NCBI GenBank assembly: GCA_963795085.1
Contig: CAWCFX010000001.1
Coordinates: forward strand, 668,674-732,673
DNA: 64,000 bases
Reading direction: 5' to 3'
Source of the DNA: an uncultured Gemmatimonadales bacterium
GTDB lineage: Bacteria > Gemmatimonadota > Gemmatimonadetes > Gemmatimonadales > GWC2-71-9
Below are positions 48,901 to 58,683 of this stretch, piece after piece (the first letter of the stretch is position 1; the number at the start of each line of letters is the position of its first letter). The notes beneath the pieces are model-generated. The model saw only the letters and a program-made list of their open reading frames with translations. It was not told the DNA's origin and ran no database searches. Both the position numbers and the translations under genes were made by a program.

Positions 48901-49772
48901 TCCAGATACCTCTTCGTCAGGTCCCCGTAGGCATCCACCCGCCGGTCCCGGAGAAATGGCCAATGGGTCCGGGCGGTGTCGATCAGGCCCAGGTCGCACT
49001 CCACGACCAGGGTTTCCTCCCCCTCGCCGGCCCGGGCCAGCACGGTCCCGTAGGGATCCGCGACAAAGCTGTTGCCCCAGAACTCGATGCCGCCGGCCGG
49101 GTCGCCTTCGTGGCCCACCCGGTTGACGGCCACCACGAAGACGCCATTGGCGATCGCATGGCTTCGCTGCATCGTTTCCCAGGCGTTCTGCTGGGCCGCG
49201 CCATATTGGCTCTTCTCGGCCGGTAGCCACCCGATGGCCGTGGGATAAAAGAGCACGTGGGCGCCGTGCATCGCGGTGAGCCGGGCACCCTCGGGATACC
49301 ACTGGTCCCAGCACACCAGGGTCCCGATGGGGCCGTGGCGGGTGTTCCAGCTGCGGAAGCCGAGGTCGCCGGGCGTGAAATAGAACTTCTCGTAGAAGAG
49401 CGGATCGTCGGGGATGTGCATCTTCCGGTATTTGCCGGCCACTGTCCCGTCGGCTTCGATCATGGCCGCGGTGTTGTGGTACAGGCCTTCGGCCCGCTTT
49501 TCGAAGAGGGACGCCACGATCACCACGTTGAGCTCCCGGGCCACTTTGCCCAGCGCCTCGGTACTGGGACCGGGGATCGGCTCGGCCAACTGGAAAAAAT
49601 CGTGGTTCTCGCTCTGGCAGAAATACTGGGTGCGAAACAGCTCCTGCAGGCAGATCACCTGGGCGCCCCGTGCGGCCGCATCGCGAACTCCGGCCACGGC
49701 GCGGGCGAAATTGTCGGCGGGATCGGTGGAGCACCGCATCTGGACCAGGCCGACCGTGAGAGTCTTGCTCAT
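48894..49772 (-). CDS. aguB: N-carbamoylputrescine amidase (carbon-nitrogen hydrolase family)
   Basis: LTVGLVQMRCS...ICLQELF (Glu), YRKMHIPD (Lys), LVCWDQWYPE (Cys) form the nitrilase-superfamily triad. The C-terminus FLRDRRVDAYGDLTKRYLDD is typical of CPA enzymes. Confidence 0.9.
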
Positions 49773-49789
49773 GGAGGCAAGATAACGGC

Positions 49790-49820
49790 CAGTGGGTCAG
49801 TGGGTCAGGGGTCAGTGCCT
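49790..49820. repeat. short array of CAGTGGGT-type octamers
   Basis: cagtgggt cagtgggt caggggt cagtgcct, 18 nt upstream of the aguB start. Confidence 0.8.
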
Positions 49821-49874
49821 GAGGCGCCATGGGCCGGACCGGGGCTGGTTGGCGCCGATGTCCCGGTACCATTA

Positions 49875-49950
49875 TCCTGTCCCACTGTCCCACTGTCCCA
49901 CTGTCCCACTGTCCCACTGTCCCACTGTCCCACTGTCCCACTGTCCCACT
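49875..49950. repeat. octamer array (CCCACTGT)n, about 9 units; inverted relative to 49790-49820
   Basis: Eight perfect cccactgt units span 49881-49944, with partial units at both ends. CCCACTG is the reverse complement of CAGTGGG. Confidence 0.9.
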
Positions 49951-49972
49951 TCTCCGTGACCTCTCAGCGACT

Positions 49973-51055
49973 TTGACCCGATCCCTTTCCGTCACCTTCG
50001 CGCTGGCTCTGCTGACTACTGGCTCCGCGGCCGCCCAGTCAGTAGACTGGCGCACCCGGGCCACGTTTTACGCCGACAATACCGAGTTCTTTACCCCCTT
50101 CCGTACCGGCGAGACCATTCTCGGCGCCCAGTTCCAGACCTGGCTCGATCTCGGCGTAAGCCCGCGGACCCGGGTGCGTGCGGGGGTCTTTGGGGACCTC
50201 CGCTACGGCAGCGAGGAGTTCCTGGACCCGGTCAAGCCGATCATCAGTTTCCGGTACGAGACGCCAGCCACCCTGGGTGTACTGGGGACCCTCGAAACCG
50301 GAAACCGTCACGGGTACCTGGAGCCGCTGGAAGTGTCCACCCTGGAATTCACCCGGCCGATTGAATACGGTGGCCAACTTCTTCAGCGGCGGCGCCACTG
50401 GGACATGGATCTCTTTCTGGACTGGCGGGGGCTCAACACCCCGAGCAGCCGGGAGACCTTCAACTACGGGCTGGTCCTGCGAGGGCGGCCGGCTTCGTTT
50501 CTTACACTCGAGTACCAGTTCCATGGACTGCACCGCGGCGGCCAGCTGTACGACGCCGGGGCGCCGGTGACCAACAATACTGTCAGCGCGATCGGCGCCA
50601 GGCTGCACCATGACCTGGGCCGGATGGGGCCAGGTTCGCTGGCGGCCTTCTACCTCGCGAGCCAGGGCCATATCGACCCCAACGGGCCCGCGGGGCGCCC
50701 CGACCGGGGGCACGGCACCTGGCTCCGTGCATCGGTGATGCCGCTGGGATACATCGAGGTGTTTGGCCTGTACTGGCTGGGTCGCGATTATCACACCGAC
50801 GAGGGCGACGCCAATTACAACTCGGCCGGAGCGGACCCGGCCTTCTACCGGTCCCGTCGGCGCTACGCCGAACTGGGCGCCATACGGCGAACCCGGATAG
50901 ACGGGAAGGTCGAACTCGACGCCGAGTTCCGGCTCCACCGGGTGGACGACGAGGTGAGCCAGGCCCTGTTCGACAGCAAGTGGGAATACTCCTACCGGCT
51001 GGTGGTGCGGGTGCCGCTGGACCTTTCGTTGCGCGCCAGCCGGGAGCGGCCCTAG
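49973..51055 (+). CDS. hypothetical secreted protein, possibly an outer-membrane beta-barrel
   Basis: The TTG at 49973 gives MTRSLSVTFALALLTTGSAAAQS. Alternating-hydrophobicity strands are rich in aromatic residues. The longest ORF starts at 49829, but that part only translates the octamer array (SHCPTVPL x3). Confidence 0.55.
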   Translation: MTRSLSVTFALALLTTGSAAAQSVDWRTRATFYADNTEFFTPFRTGETILGAQFQTWLDLGVSPRTRVRAGVFGDLRYGSEEFLDPVKPIISFRYETPATLGVLGTLETGNRHGYLEPLEVSTLEFTRPIEYGGQLLQRRRHWDMDLFLDWRGLNTPSSRETFNYGLVLRGRPASFLTLEYQFHGLHRGGQLYDAGAPVTNNTVSAIGARLHHDLGRMGPGSLAAFYLASQGHIDPNGPAGRPDRGHGTWLRASVMPLGYIEVFGLYWLGRDYHTDEGDANYNSAGADPAFYRSRRRYAELGAIRRTRIDGKVELDAEFRLHRVDDEVSQALFDSKWEYSYRLVVRVPLDLSLRASRERP

Positions 51056-51147
51056 CCGGAAACCGCGGCTGTCACGAGGCGTCCTGTTATCTTCCGGCTT
51101 CCCCGGGTCCTGCCCGCGTCCCCTTACATCACGACGAGGAGTCTACG

Positions 51148-53121
51148 ATGGTTCTCGGCCTGCTCATGGTGCTGCTGCAACAGCAACCGGCGACTCCGAC
51201 CCGGCCTGCCTCCGGCATTTCGCGGGTTGAAATCACTCCAGCGGCCACCGAGGTGCAGGTCGGCCAGGCGCTGCAGTTGCGCGCCCGCGCACTGGATTCC
51301 ACCGGGGTCGAGGTCCCGGGGGCTCGGTTCTTCTGGAACGCATCCGGCGAGGGCACCGTGGATTCCACCGGACTGGTCCAGGGCGCGTTCCGGGGCCCGC
51401 TCCAGGTGAGCGTCATGGCCACCGTGCGCGGCAAGAGCGGGCGGCTGGTCGAAACCGTCGACCTCCGGGTGGTGCCGCAGCCGGCATCCCGGGTTGTCAT
51501 TACCCCGGCGCCCGCCCGGGTGCTGGCGGGAACCCGCCTCAGTCTCACGGGGGCGTCCTACAGTCCCCAGAACGATGTTCGTGGCGACGTGATCACGTTC
51601 ACCTCCAGCAATCCGCGGATCGCAACGATCACGTCCGACGGGCGGCTGAGCGCGGTGGCGCCGGGCCAGGTAACGATTACGGCCAAGGCCGGCGCCGCCA
51701 CCCATGCCCATACCATCCAGGTGGTGCCGAACCCGGTGACCCGGATGGCGGTAGAACCGCAGAACTCCACCGCGCTCACCGGCGACGTGGTCCGCTTCGC
51801 CGTGAACGCCAGCACGGCCGGGGGCCGGCCAGTCAGCGGCTTCCCGGTCCGCTGGGCCGTGGCCGGGGGCGGCGGGGTGGCGCAGATCGACGAGCAGGGG
51901 ACCTTCGTGGCGGAACTGCCGGGCATCTATACGGTGACCGCCTCGCTGGGCTCGACCTCCACCGATGCGGTGGTGCGGGTCGCACCCCGGCGGGTGACCC
52001 GGGGCGTGGAGGTGGTGGGCCGGGTGCCGATCGAGCACTCGAGCGCCGAGGTCTGGGCGCACCCAGGCGGTACCTGTGTGTACCTCTCCACGATATCGGA
52101 CCGGGTCTACGCCATCGACGTGACCACGACCGGCCAGCCTCGCATCGTTGACTCCATGATGGCCAATGCCCGGCTGGTCAACGATGTGATGACGACCGAA
52201 GACGGTCGCTTCGGCGTCTTCTCCCGTGAAGGCGCCTCCGACCGGAAGAACGGCATCGTCATCTTCGATGCGTCCGACCCCTGCCACCCCAAGCCGATCT
52301 CCTCCTTTACGGAGACGGTCTCCGGCGGGGTGCACTCGAGCTTCGTCTACCAGGGCCACGTGTACCTTACCGACGACGCCACCGGCTCGCTTCGGGTCAT
52401 CGACATCCAGAATCCCCATGAGCCGCGGGAAGTCGGCCGGTGGCAGACCGAACAGACCGAGATCGGCCGTTACGTGCACGACGTGGACGTAAAGGACGGG
52501 CTGGCCTACCTCTCCTACTGGAACGATGGGCTGGTGATCCTGGACGTGGGGAACGGCGTGAAGGGAGGCAGCCCCGCCAACCCGGTGTTCGTCTCCCAGA
52601 TCAAGTACAACCTGGACGAGGTGTATGCCCGGGTCGACCAGATCTTCGGGCTGGGCGCCCGGGGCACTCACACCGCCTGGCGGCACAAGAACTACGTGTT
52701 CGTGGGCGACGAGGTCTACGCCGCGAGGAATTACAAAGGCATCCAGGACGGCAACAACCTGACCTTCGGGCGGCTCCACGTGTTCGACGTGTCGGACATC
52801 GCGCACCCGCGGCCGGTGGCCTGGTACGAGCCGACCGATGGCGGCGTACACAACGTCTGGGTGGAGGGCGACACGCTCTACATGGGCGCCTACCAGGGCG
52901 GGGCCCGGATGCTGGATATCTCGGGCGAGCTGCGAGGCGACCTGCTGCGGCAGGGCCGCGAAATCTCCTGGATCTCGACGGCCGACTCCCTGGGCCAGCG
53001 TCCCCGCGCGACCTTTTCATGGGGTGCGGTGGTCAAGAACGGGAACATCTATGTCCCCGACATCAACTCCGGCCTCTGGATCCTGCGGCTGGAGCCGAAG
53101 GAGGAGCGGCTCACGCCGTGA
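51148..53121 (+). CDS. secreted protein with four Big_2-type Ig-like domains and an LVIVD-repeat beta-propeller
   Basis: A GAGGA RBS precedes the start. Repeated V.I.P....V..G..L.L.A segments are Big_2-like. The C-terminal DGLAYLSYWNDGLVILDVGNG and GDTLYMGAYQGGARMLDIS are LVIVD-type. Confidence 0.75.
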   Translation: MVLGLLMVLLQQQPATPTRPASGISRVEITPAATEVQVGQALQLRARALDSTGVEVPGARFFWNASGEGTVDSTGLVQGAFRGPLQVSVMATVRGKSGRLVETVDLRVVPQPASRVVITPAPARVLAGTRLSLTGASYSPQNDVRGDVITFTSSNPRIATITSDGRLSAVAPGQVTITAKAGAATHAHTIQVVPNPVTRMAVEPQNSTALTGDVVRFAVNASTAGGRPVSGFPVRWAVAGGGGVAQIDEQGTFVAELPGIYTVTASLGSTSTDAVVRVAPRRVTRGVEVVGRVPIEHSSAEVWAHPGGTCVYLSTISDRVYAIDVTTTGQPRIVDSMMANARLVNDVMTTEDGRFGVFSREGASDRKNGIVIFDASDPCHPKPISSFTETVSGGVHSSFVYQGHVYLTDDATGSLRVIDIQNPHEPREVGRWQTEQTEIGRYVHDVDVKDGLAYLSYWNDGLVILDVGNGVKGGSPANPVFVSQIKYNLDEVYARVDQIFGLGARGTHTAWRHKNYVFVGDEVYAARNYKGIQDGNNLTFGRLHVFDVSDIAHPRPVAWYEPTDGGVHNVWVEGDTLYMGAYQGGARMLDISGELRGDLLRQGREISWISTADSLGQRPRATFSWGAVVKNGNIYVPDINSGLWILRLEPKEERLTP

Positions 53122-53150
53122 GGAAGTAAACGAGTCCCGGACTCCGCGCC

Positions 53151-55088
53151 TTACGTCTTTCGGGGAGCCTTGCGGCGGCAGGTCACGGTCGCCGCGCCCT
53201 CGCGCATGGGCCAGCGCGGTGTCACGGAGTCGCCCTGCCGGGTGGTATCGAAACCCCGTTCCGACTTGGACACCGTGGTGATCTCGAATCGCCACGGTTC
53301 CGTCGCGGGTGACAGGTCCAGGGGAAGCGCCTGGGCGAGCGAGATCTCCGGGGCGAAGAACGCACCGGGAAACGCCGCGGTGTCCCACCGGTAGCCAAGC
53401 GAGAATGACCCGTCCCGCCTGAACTGGTACTCCTTTTCGTAACGCAATGGTGCCAAGTCGCCGGACTGGAGCCGGATAGTCACCGCGCCCCGGCCGGCCT
53501 TCACCTGGTGGCTCATCGCGCGCGCCGCGCCCGACCAGAGCGGGGTGAACTCGCCCTCCGTGTACTGGTCCTGCCGCAGGTCCGCGGCGAGCACCCGGTC
53601 CACGAAGAGCGCGCGATCCTCCCGGTCCATGGGCGGAAGCCGGTCGAGGCGGCCGGCGCCTTCGATATCATGGATGCTGGGCGTGCCGCCCTCGTCCTGG
53701 TGGCCTCCGTCCCCGGGACGGCGGAAGTGGTAGGACTCCCGCCGCCGGGTCAGCATGTTGGCGTAATTCAGCCGGTCCCGAAAGACGGTAAACTCCTCCA
53801 TGACGCCGCCCCGCCCGGGCGCGATGATGGCCGAATAGGCCGGCCCGTGAACCCAGATCTCCTCGAACCCGTCCCCATCGATATCCAGCAGTTCCCACCC
53901 CAGCGTATCCGATTGCCGGAGAAACTCCTCGGCGGCGGCGAGTTCCCGCCAGATCGCGTCCCGGAGGTGGGGCAGGTAGAGTCCGCCGAAGACGCCATGC
54001 CAGTACGCGTCGTTGCACTGTGCCCGCCCGATGGCGCGGCGCGCCTCCGGTGGATTGTGGCGCTCGCCGCACAGGCGGCTCAGCGCCTGCATCTTCTTGT
54101 GCATCCGGTTGGACTCCGAATACTTCACGAAGAAGTTCCGCCAGTGCGCGCCCCGGATCATGGCCCCATCCGGCCCGGCGAGCCGGTCGGCGCCAAGCTC
54201 CCGCTCCAGTTGTTCGAAGCGGAGACCTGCCTCGGCGGGCAATGACCAGCCTTCCATTTCCCGGTAGGACGCGGTGGGGAGGTAGGCGAGCCCACCGCTG
54301 GGCACCGCCGCCCGGGCCGCGGCCAGGGTGCTCATCTGGACTTCACCGGACTCGATCAGTGCCATCATGGTGTCGAGGAACCGGGTCAGCCAGCCCTGGC
54401 CATAGACCCAGTCCTGGGTCCCCGGCCAGCCTCCGAATTTTTCGCCGTCATCCGCCAGGACTGCCAGCCGATGGCCTGCTTCCCGGAGTTCCCTGAGGTA
54501 GCTCGCCGTCTCGCCCGGCGGCCGGAAGGGAATCAGGTACCGAAGCCGTTCATCGATGGGGAAGAGCCCCACGGTCTTCCCGTCGCTCTCGGTCTGCAGG
54601 TGGGTGTGGAGCTGGTCCCGCCGGAATCCGGTGGCGAGGAAATGCCGGTCGTCCACCAGCGCGTAATCCACGCCGGCCACGGCCAGGTCGGCGGCCAGCT
54701 CCGGTTCCCAGACGCGCTCGGTGAGCCACAGCCCGGTGGCGGCCACCCCGAAACGGCGGGATAACGCCTCCTTCATCCATTCGACCTGCTCCACCCGGTC
54801 CCGCCGGGGAAGCGAAGCGAGCACCGGCTCGTACAGCCCCGCCAGCAGCAACTCCAGTTTGCCGTCGGCCGCCAGCCGGCCCACCTTGTCGAGGTAGGCC
54901 GGGTCGTGGTGTTCGAGCCATTCCAGCAGGGGCCCGGAGATGTGCAGGACGAGGGGGAAGAAATCACGCTCCGCCACCCGGTCCAGGAAGGGGAGGTACA
55001 CATCCCGCACGTGATCCTCGAACACCTGGTCGAAGTTGCCGACCGGCTGGTGCAGGTGGAGGCCGAACGCGAAGCGAATGGGGTCCAT
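53151..55088 (-). CDS. GH57 family alpha-amylase/4-alpha-glucanotransferase-like protein (with DUF1925/DUF1926-like C-terminus)
   Basis: The N-terminus FAFGLHLHQPVGNFDQVFEDHVRDVYLPFLDRV is typical of GH57. WLTERVWEP and DGEKFG carry the GH57 catalytic Glu and Asp regions. Confidence 0.8.
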   Translation of the reverse strand: MDPIRFAFGLHLHQPVGNFDQVFEDHVRDVYLPFLDRVAERDFFPLVLHISGPLLEWLEHHDPAYLDKVGRLAADGKLELLLAGLYEPVLASLPRRDRVEQVEWMKEALSRRFGVAATGLWLTERVWEPELAADLAVAGVDYALVDDRHFLATGFRRDQLHTHLQTESDGKTVGLFPIDERLRYLIPFRPPGETASYLRELREAGHRLAVLADDGEKFGGWPGTQDWVYGQGWLTRFLDTMMALIESGEVQMSTLAAARAAVPSGGLAYLPTASYREMEGWSLPAEAGLRFEQLERELGADRLAGPDGAMIRGAHWRNFFVKYSESNRMHKKMQALSRLCGERHNPPEARRAIGRAQCNDAYWHGVFGGLYLPHLRDAIWRELAAAEEFLRQSDTLGWELLDIDGDGFEEIWVHGPAYSAIIAPGRGGVMEEFTVFRDRLNYANMLTRRRESYHFRRPGDGGHQDEGGTPSIHDIEGAGRLDRLPPMDREDRALFVDRVLAADLRQDQYTEGEFTPLWSGAARAMSHQVKAGRGAVTIRLQSGDLAPLRYEKEYQFRRDGSFSLGYRWDTAAFPGAFFAPEISLAQALPLDLSPATEPWRFEITTVSKSERGFDTTRQGDSVTPRWPMREGAATVTCRRKAPRKT

Positions 55089-55108
55089 GGGCGACTGCCG
55101 GTTGACGA

Positions 55109-57094
55109 TTACGGATGACCAGTGGTTGCGGGATTCTCGAAGCCCAGGCGTTCCGCGAGGGCTGCCAGCTCGGCGCTCGGAACCCGGCTGGCGGCCAGGC
55201 GCTCTCCAAACCGGGTCTGCGCATCGAAGGGGATGGCGAGTTCCAGCACCGAAAGCAACTCGAGGGCGCGGAAGACGGGGCTGGTTCCCCGGGTCTCCAT
55301 GGCACCGATGGCGCTCACCAGGGCCCGCCGGACTGCGGCCGGGAGGTCGGTGTCGCCACTGGCGAGCGCCTGCCGCTGGTCATCGGTCAGGACCTCCTCC
55401 ACCAGCTGCCGGCGGCGCGCCTGGCCCGCCAGCTGCCGGTGGCGGTCCCACAAATCGGTCGCGTTGAGCCGCCAGGCCAGGGGGGACGCCATCGCGTTCT
55501 CTGCCAAGGTAACCTCGATTTCGGTTTCCAGCAGTCCGACCCGGAACCGGTGTTCCCGGCTGGTGCGGCGATGGCGGAGTTCGATGTCCCAGGCGCCTTC
55601 GCCTGCCCTCGAGACGACTGCTGTGAACGCTCTAGCCTGGCCCAGGGCGGGGTCGAGGCTCAGCGACCCGAGGAGCGCCAGGCCGGCCGCGTGGCGAATC
55701 TCCGGGGCGATGGCGGGCTTGGCGCGGGCCAGATAGATCTGCCGGCCATCTCCCTCCCGGGGATCATTGCTGCGCGCTTCCGCCAGCCGCCGGAGAAACT
55801 CCGCCTCGATCCGGGTGCCGTCCGGCCCGGCCAGTTCAATGGCGCGCGCGGCATACTTGAGCACCTGGACCGGTTCGATGCCGGCCAGGTCATCGAAGAA
55901 CCATGCGCACGACGTGTAGACGAGCAACGCGTGCCGCTCCAGTTCCATCAGTTCCCGGCCCCGCGGGCTCGCCCCCGCGTCCTCACCCCCGGGGTCGTAC
56001 CGGTTCCGGGTCTCCCAGATATCGTCGAACAGTGCGGCCCCCTCCCGCTCGTAGATGGCGTGAATCTCTCCCGCGAGCCAATCCAGCGAGGACCGCAGCA
56101 CACTGCGCCAGAGCTGGCGGGTGGGCAGGTGGGGAGCGATGCGGCAGCCGCATTCTGACCGCCAGCGCTCCACGCCGTGGGCGCAGCTCCAGCTGCTGGG
56201 CGCGTTCAGAGTCACCGGGTGGATGGCCGGGTGGCGGGCCAGCACGGTTGCAAAGTTTTCGGGAGCGGGGGAGCGCAGCTCATGAATGACCCGGGCCAGC
56301 GCCATCTCCCCGAACGTGTGGTGGTGGCCGTAGGTCTCGCCATCGGTGGCGATCGCGACGATGCCCGGCGCGTCCCCGAGCCGCGAGATCCAGCGCCGGG
56401 CGTCGCGAATCAGTTCCCCGAACGCCACCCCGTGTGACAGATCCCCGTCGTAGAAAAACAGCGCGATCTCCCGGCCCCCGGGGGTGCGGTAGAGCCCGGG
56501 GAGGCCATGGGGAGGCAGGGGCTGGGCCTGGTGGGGCGCCAGGACGGTGAACCGGATGCCCTGTTCGGCCAGTACGTCGAGCGTCTCCTCATCCACCGCG
56601 GTTTCCGGCAGCCACATGCCCTCGGGCTCCCTCCCGAACCGGCGGGTGAAGTCGCGAATGCCCCAGCGTACTTCGGTCACCTTGTCCCGCCGGGTGCTGA
56701 GCGGAAGAATGGCGTGATGGTAGGGGTGGGCGATGGCGTTGCCATGGCCCAGGCGGGCGATGCTTTCCCGGTCTGCCTCGAGGATCGCCTGGTAGGTATC
56801 CGGTGCCTCTCTCTCCAGCCAGGTGAAGAGGGTGGGACCGAAGTTGAAGCTGCTCCAGGCCAGCGTGTTGATGATCTCGGCGATCCTGCCGGTGGGTCCC
56901 GGCAGCCGGGCCGCCGTGACCGCGCGGTACGATTCGGTCTCGATCCGCTGGTTCCAGTCGTGATAGGGCGCCGCGGTCGGCTCGGCCTCGATCTCTTCCA
57001 GCCAGGGATTCTCGCGGGGCGGCTGATAGTAGTGGCCGTGGATGACCACTGCCGGCGCGGGGGGCGGGGTGGCGGGATCGCGGGTGCGAGTCAC
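55109..57094 (-). CDS. GH57-domain protein with DUF3536-like C-terminal region
   Basis: VVIHGHYYQPPRENPWLEEIE...APYHDWNQRIETESY, GMWLPETAVD and TDGETYGHH. The GTG start at 57094 lies 8 nt after the upstream stop. An alternative ATG at 57151 would overlap the upstream gene. Confidence 0.75.
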   Translation of the reverse strand: MTRTRDPATPPPAPAVVIHGHYYQPPRENPWLEEIEAEPTAAPYHDWNQRIETESYRAVTAARLPGPTGRIAEIINTLAWSSFNFGPTLFTWLEREAPDTYQAILEADRESIARLGHGNAIAHPYHHAILPLSTRRDKVTEVRWGIRDFTRRFGREPEGMWLPETAVDEETLDVLAEQGIRFTVLAPHQAQPLPPHGLPGLYRTPGGREIALFFYDGDLSHGVAFGELIRDARRWISRLGDAPGIVAIATDGETYGHHHTFGEMALARVIHELRSPAPENFATVLARHPAIHPVTLNAPSSWSCAHGVERWRSECGCRIAPHLPTRQLWRSVLRSSLDWLAGEIHAIYEREGAALFDDIWETRNRYDPGGEDAGASPRGRELMELERHALLVYTSCAWFFDDLAGIEPVQVLKYAARAIELAGPDGTRIEAEFLRRLAEARSNDPREGDGRQIYLARAKPAIAPEIRHAAGLALLGSLSLDPALGQARAFTAVVSRAGEGAWDIELRHRRTSREHRFRVGLLETEIEVTLAENAMASPLAWRLNATDLWDRHRQLAGQARRRQLVEEVLTDDQRQALASGDTDLPAAVRRALVSAIGAMETRGTSPVFRALELLSVLELAIPFDAQTRFGERLAASRVPSAELAALAERLGFENPATTGHP

Positions 57095-57101
57095 CTGGTG
57101 C

Positions 57102-58679
57102 TCATCCCAATGCCGCCGCAACCGCCGGCAGGATGTCCGGAAATAATCCATCGCGGCCGCCCAGCTGCTCCGCCAGGCGGGAGGCGGGTCCGATGAACTC
57201 AGGCGCCGCCAGCCCCGCCACCAGTCCCTCGGCGGCATCGCAGTGCTCGCGGAAGCGCCGCTCCGCGTAATCGGCCGCCGCCCCGGTGGTGATGATGAAC
57301 GGCCAGTCGGACGATTGGGCCAGCAGTAGTTCCCGCGCGGCCTGGGCCAGGACGTAATGGCTGCGCGGCTCGGCCAGCGCCGGCCTGGCCACCCGCCAGA
57401 ACGCCTCGTCCAGGGCGGCCATCCGTTCCCAGATCCACTCGGTCGCCGGGTTTTGCCACATGCTGAAGTCGCCGTTGGCGCCCCAGGAGCCCTCCGATAA
57501 TTCGATCGCCTCCGCGGCGGGATTCTGGTCCAGGTGACGAGCGGCGGTGGCGGGCCGGACGTTGCGGGTGCGGCCCAGCACTTCGAAGAGCGCGCCGAGA
57601 AATTCCGGACCTTCGAACCACCAGTGCCCGAACAGCTCGGTGTCGAACGGCGCCACGATGCCGCCACCCGGCTTACCGCGTTGCCTCGCCGTATCCTGCA
57701 GCAGGGAGGCGAAGTGGCGGGCATGGTGCCGGGCCCGGGAGCGGGCCGATTCCGGCCGATAGGGGAGCTTCTGGCCGAGGTCGCTGCCCGGACTGCTCAC
57801 CCGCCACAGGCGGAGTCCTTCCGGCCAGCGAATCTTGTGGAACTCGAGGTAGTGCTCATCCCCCGGATAGCCCTCGTAGCGGCTCCACACCTGGCGGGAG
57901 GTCACCGGGTCGCGGAGCAGCGCGGTGGCGGGCCCGACCCGGTAGGCGTGGTAGGGAGAATGTTCCCGGGGCCGGGTCGGCGGCCTGGGCACGGTGGTCC
58001 GGGTTTCACCGGCGGCATAGACATCGGCCGGATCGCCGGCGGCAGCTACATGAGCGTCGCTCCAGAAGTACTCGAACCCGGCGCGGCTCACGCGGGTTTC
58101 GATGCCGGGGCGGTAAGCGCACTCGGGCACCCAGCAGCCGCGCGCCCGCAGGCCGAAGAGCCGCTGGTGCTCGGAGAACCCCAGCCTCAGCTGCAGGTCA
58201 ACGCTTTCCCGCCTGTGGAGCAGCGGGAGCAGGCCGTGGGTGGCCGCGGAGCCGGACAGTTCGATCCGGCCGTCCCGGGCCAGCCGGGCGAAGGCCCCGA
58301 CCAGGTTGCCGTGCACCGACCGAAAGAGAGCCCGCAGCCTGGTGAGGCGGCGGGCCCAGAAGACGGCGATCCCGGCCAGTTGCTGGTCGCCGGTTGCGGC
58401 CAGGGTGCGGGGAGCCTCGGCCGCGGCCTGGAGCCGATGGTCGAAGTAACTCTCAAGGAGGGCGGGAAACCCGGGGTCCGCCAGCTGGTTCGCGAGGACC
58501 GGGGTGAAGCCCAGCGTCAGGGGCGCCGGAATGTCCTCGTTTTCCAGCCGCAGCAGCACCTCCAGCAGGGGCAGATAGCTGTCGATGGCGGCTTCGGCCA
58601 GCCAGTCGCTGCCGTGGGGCCAGCGGCCGTGATGGAGGACGTAGGGGAGGTGGCTGTGCAGGACGAGGACTACGTCCAT
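57102..58679 (-). CDS. GH57-type 1,4-alpha-glucan branching enzyme-like protein (GH57 plus DUF1957)
   Basis: MDVVLVLHSHLPYVLHHGRWPHGSDWLAEAAIDSYLPLLEVL, GCWVPECAY and FDTELFGHWWFEGPEFL are characteristic of GH57 branching enzymes. Confidence 0.8.
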   Translation of the reverse strand: MDVVLVLHSHLPYVLHHGRWPHGSDWLAEAAIDSYLPLLEVLLRLENEDIPAPLTLGFTPVLANQLADPGFPALLESYFDHRLQAAAEAPRTLAATGDQQLAGIAVFWARRLTRLRALFRSVHGNLVGAFARLARDGRIELSGSAATHGLLPLLHRRESVDLQLRLGFSEHQRLFGLRARGCWVPECAYRPGIETRVSRAGFEYFWSDAHVAAAGDPADVYAAGETRTTVPRPPTRPREHSPYHAYRVGPATALLRDPVTSRQVWSRYEGYPGDEHYLEFHKIRWPEGLRLWRVSSPGSDLGQKLPYRPESARSRARHHARHFASLLQDTARQRGKPGGGIVAPFDTELFGHWWFEGPEFLGALFEVLGRTRNVRPATAARHLDQNPAAEAIELSEGSWGANGDFSMWQNPATEWIWERMAALDEAFWRVARPALAEPRSHYVLAQAARELLLAQSSDWPFIITTGAAADYAERRFREHCDAAEGLVAGLAAPEFIGPASRLAEQLGGRDGLFPDILPAVAAALG

Positions 58680-58683
58680 GCGT

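Noticed and set aside
49829-49972. The N-terminal extension of ORF 49829..51055, which encodes SHCPTVPL x3
   Set aside because: It is simply the translation of the period-8 CCCACTGT array. A clean signal peptide begins at the TTG at 49973, and period 8 is not codon-compatible as a selected protein repeat.
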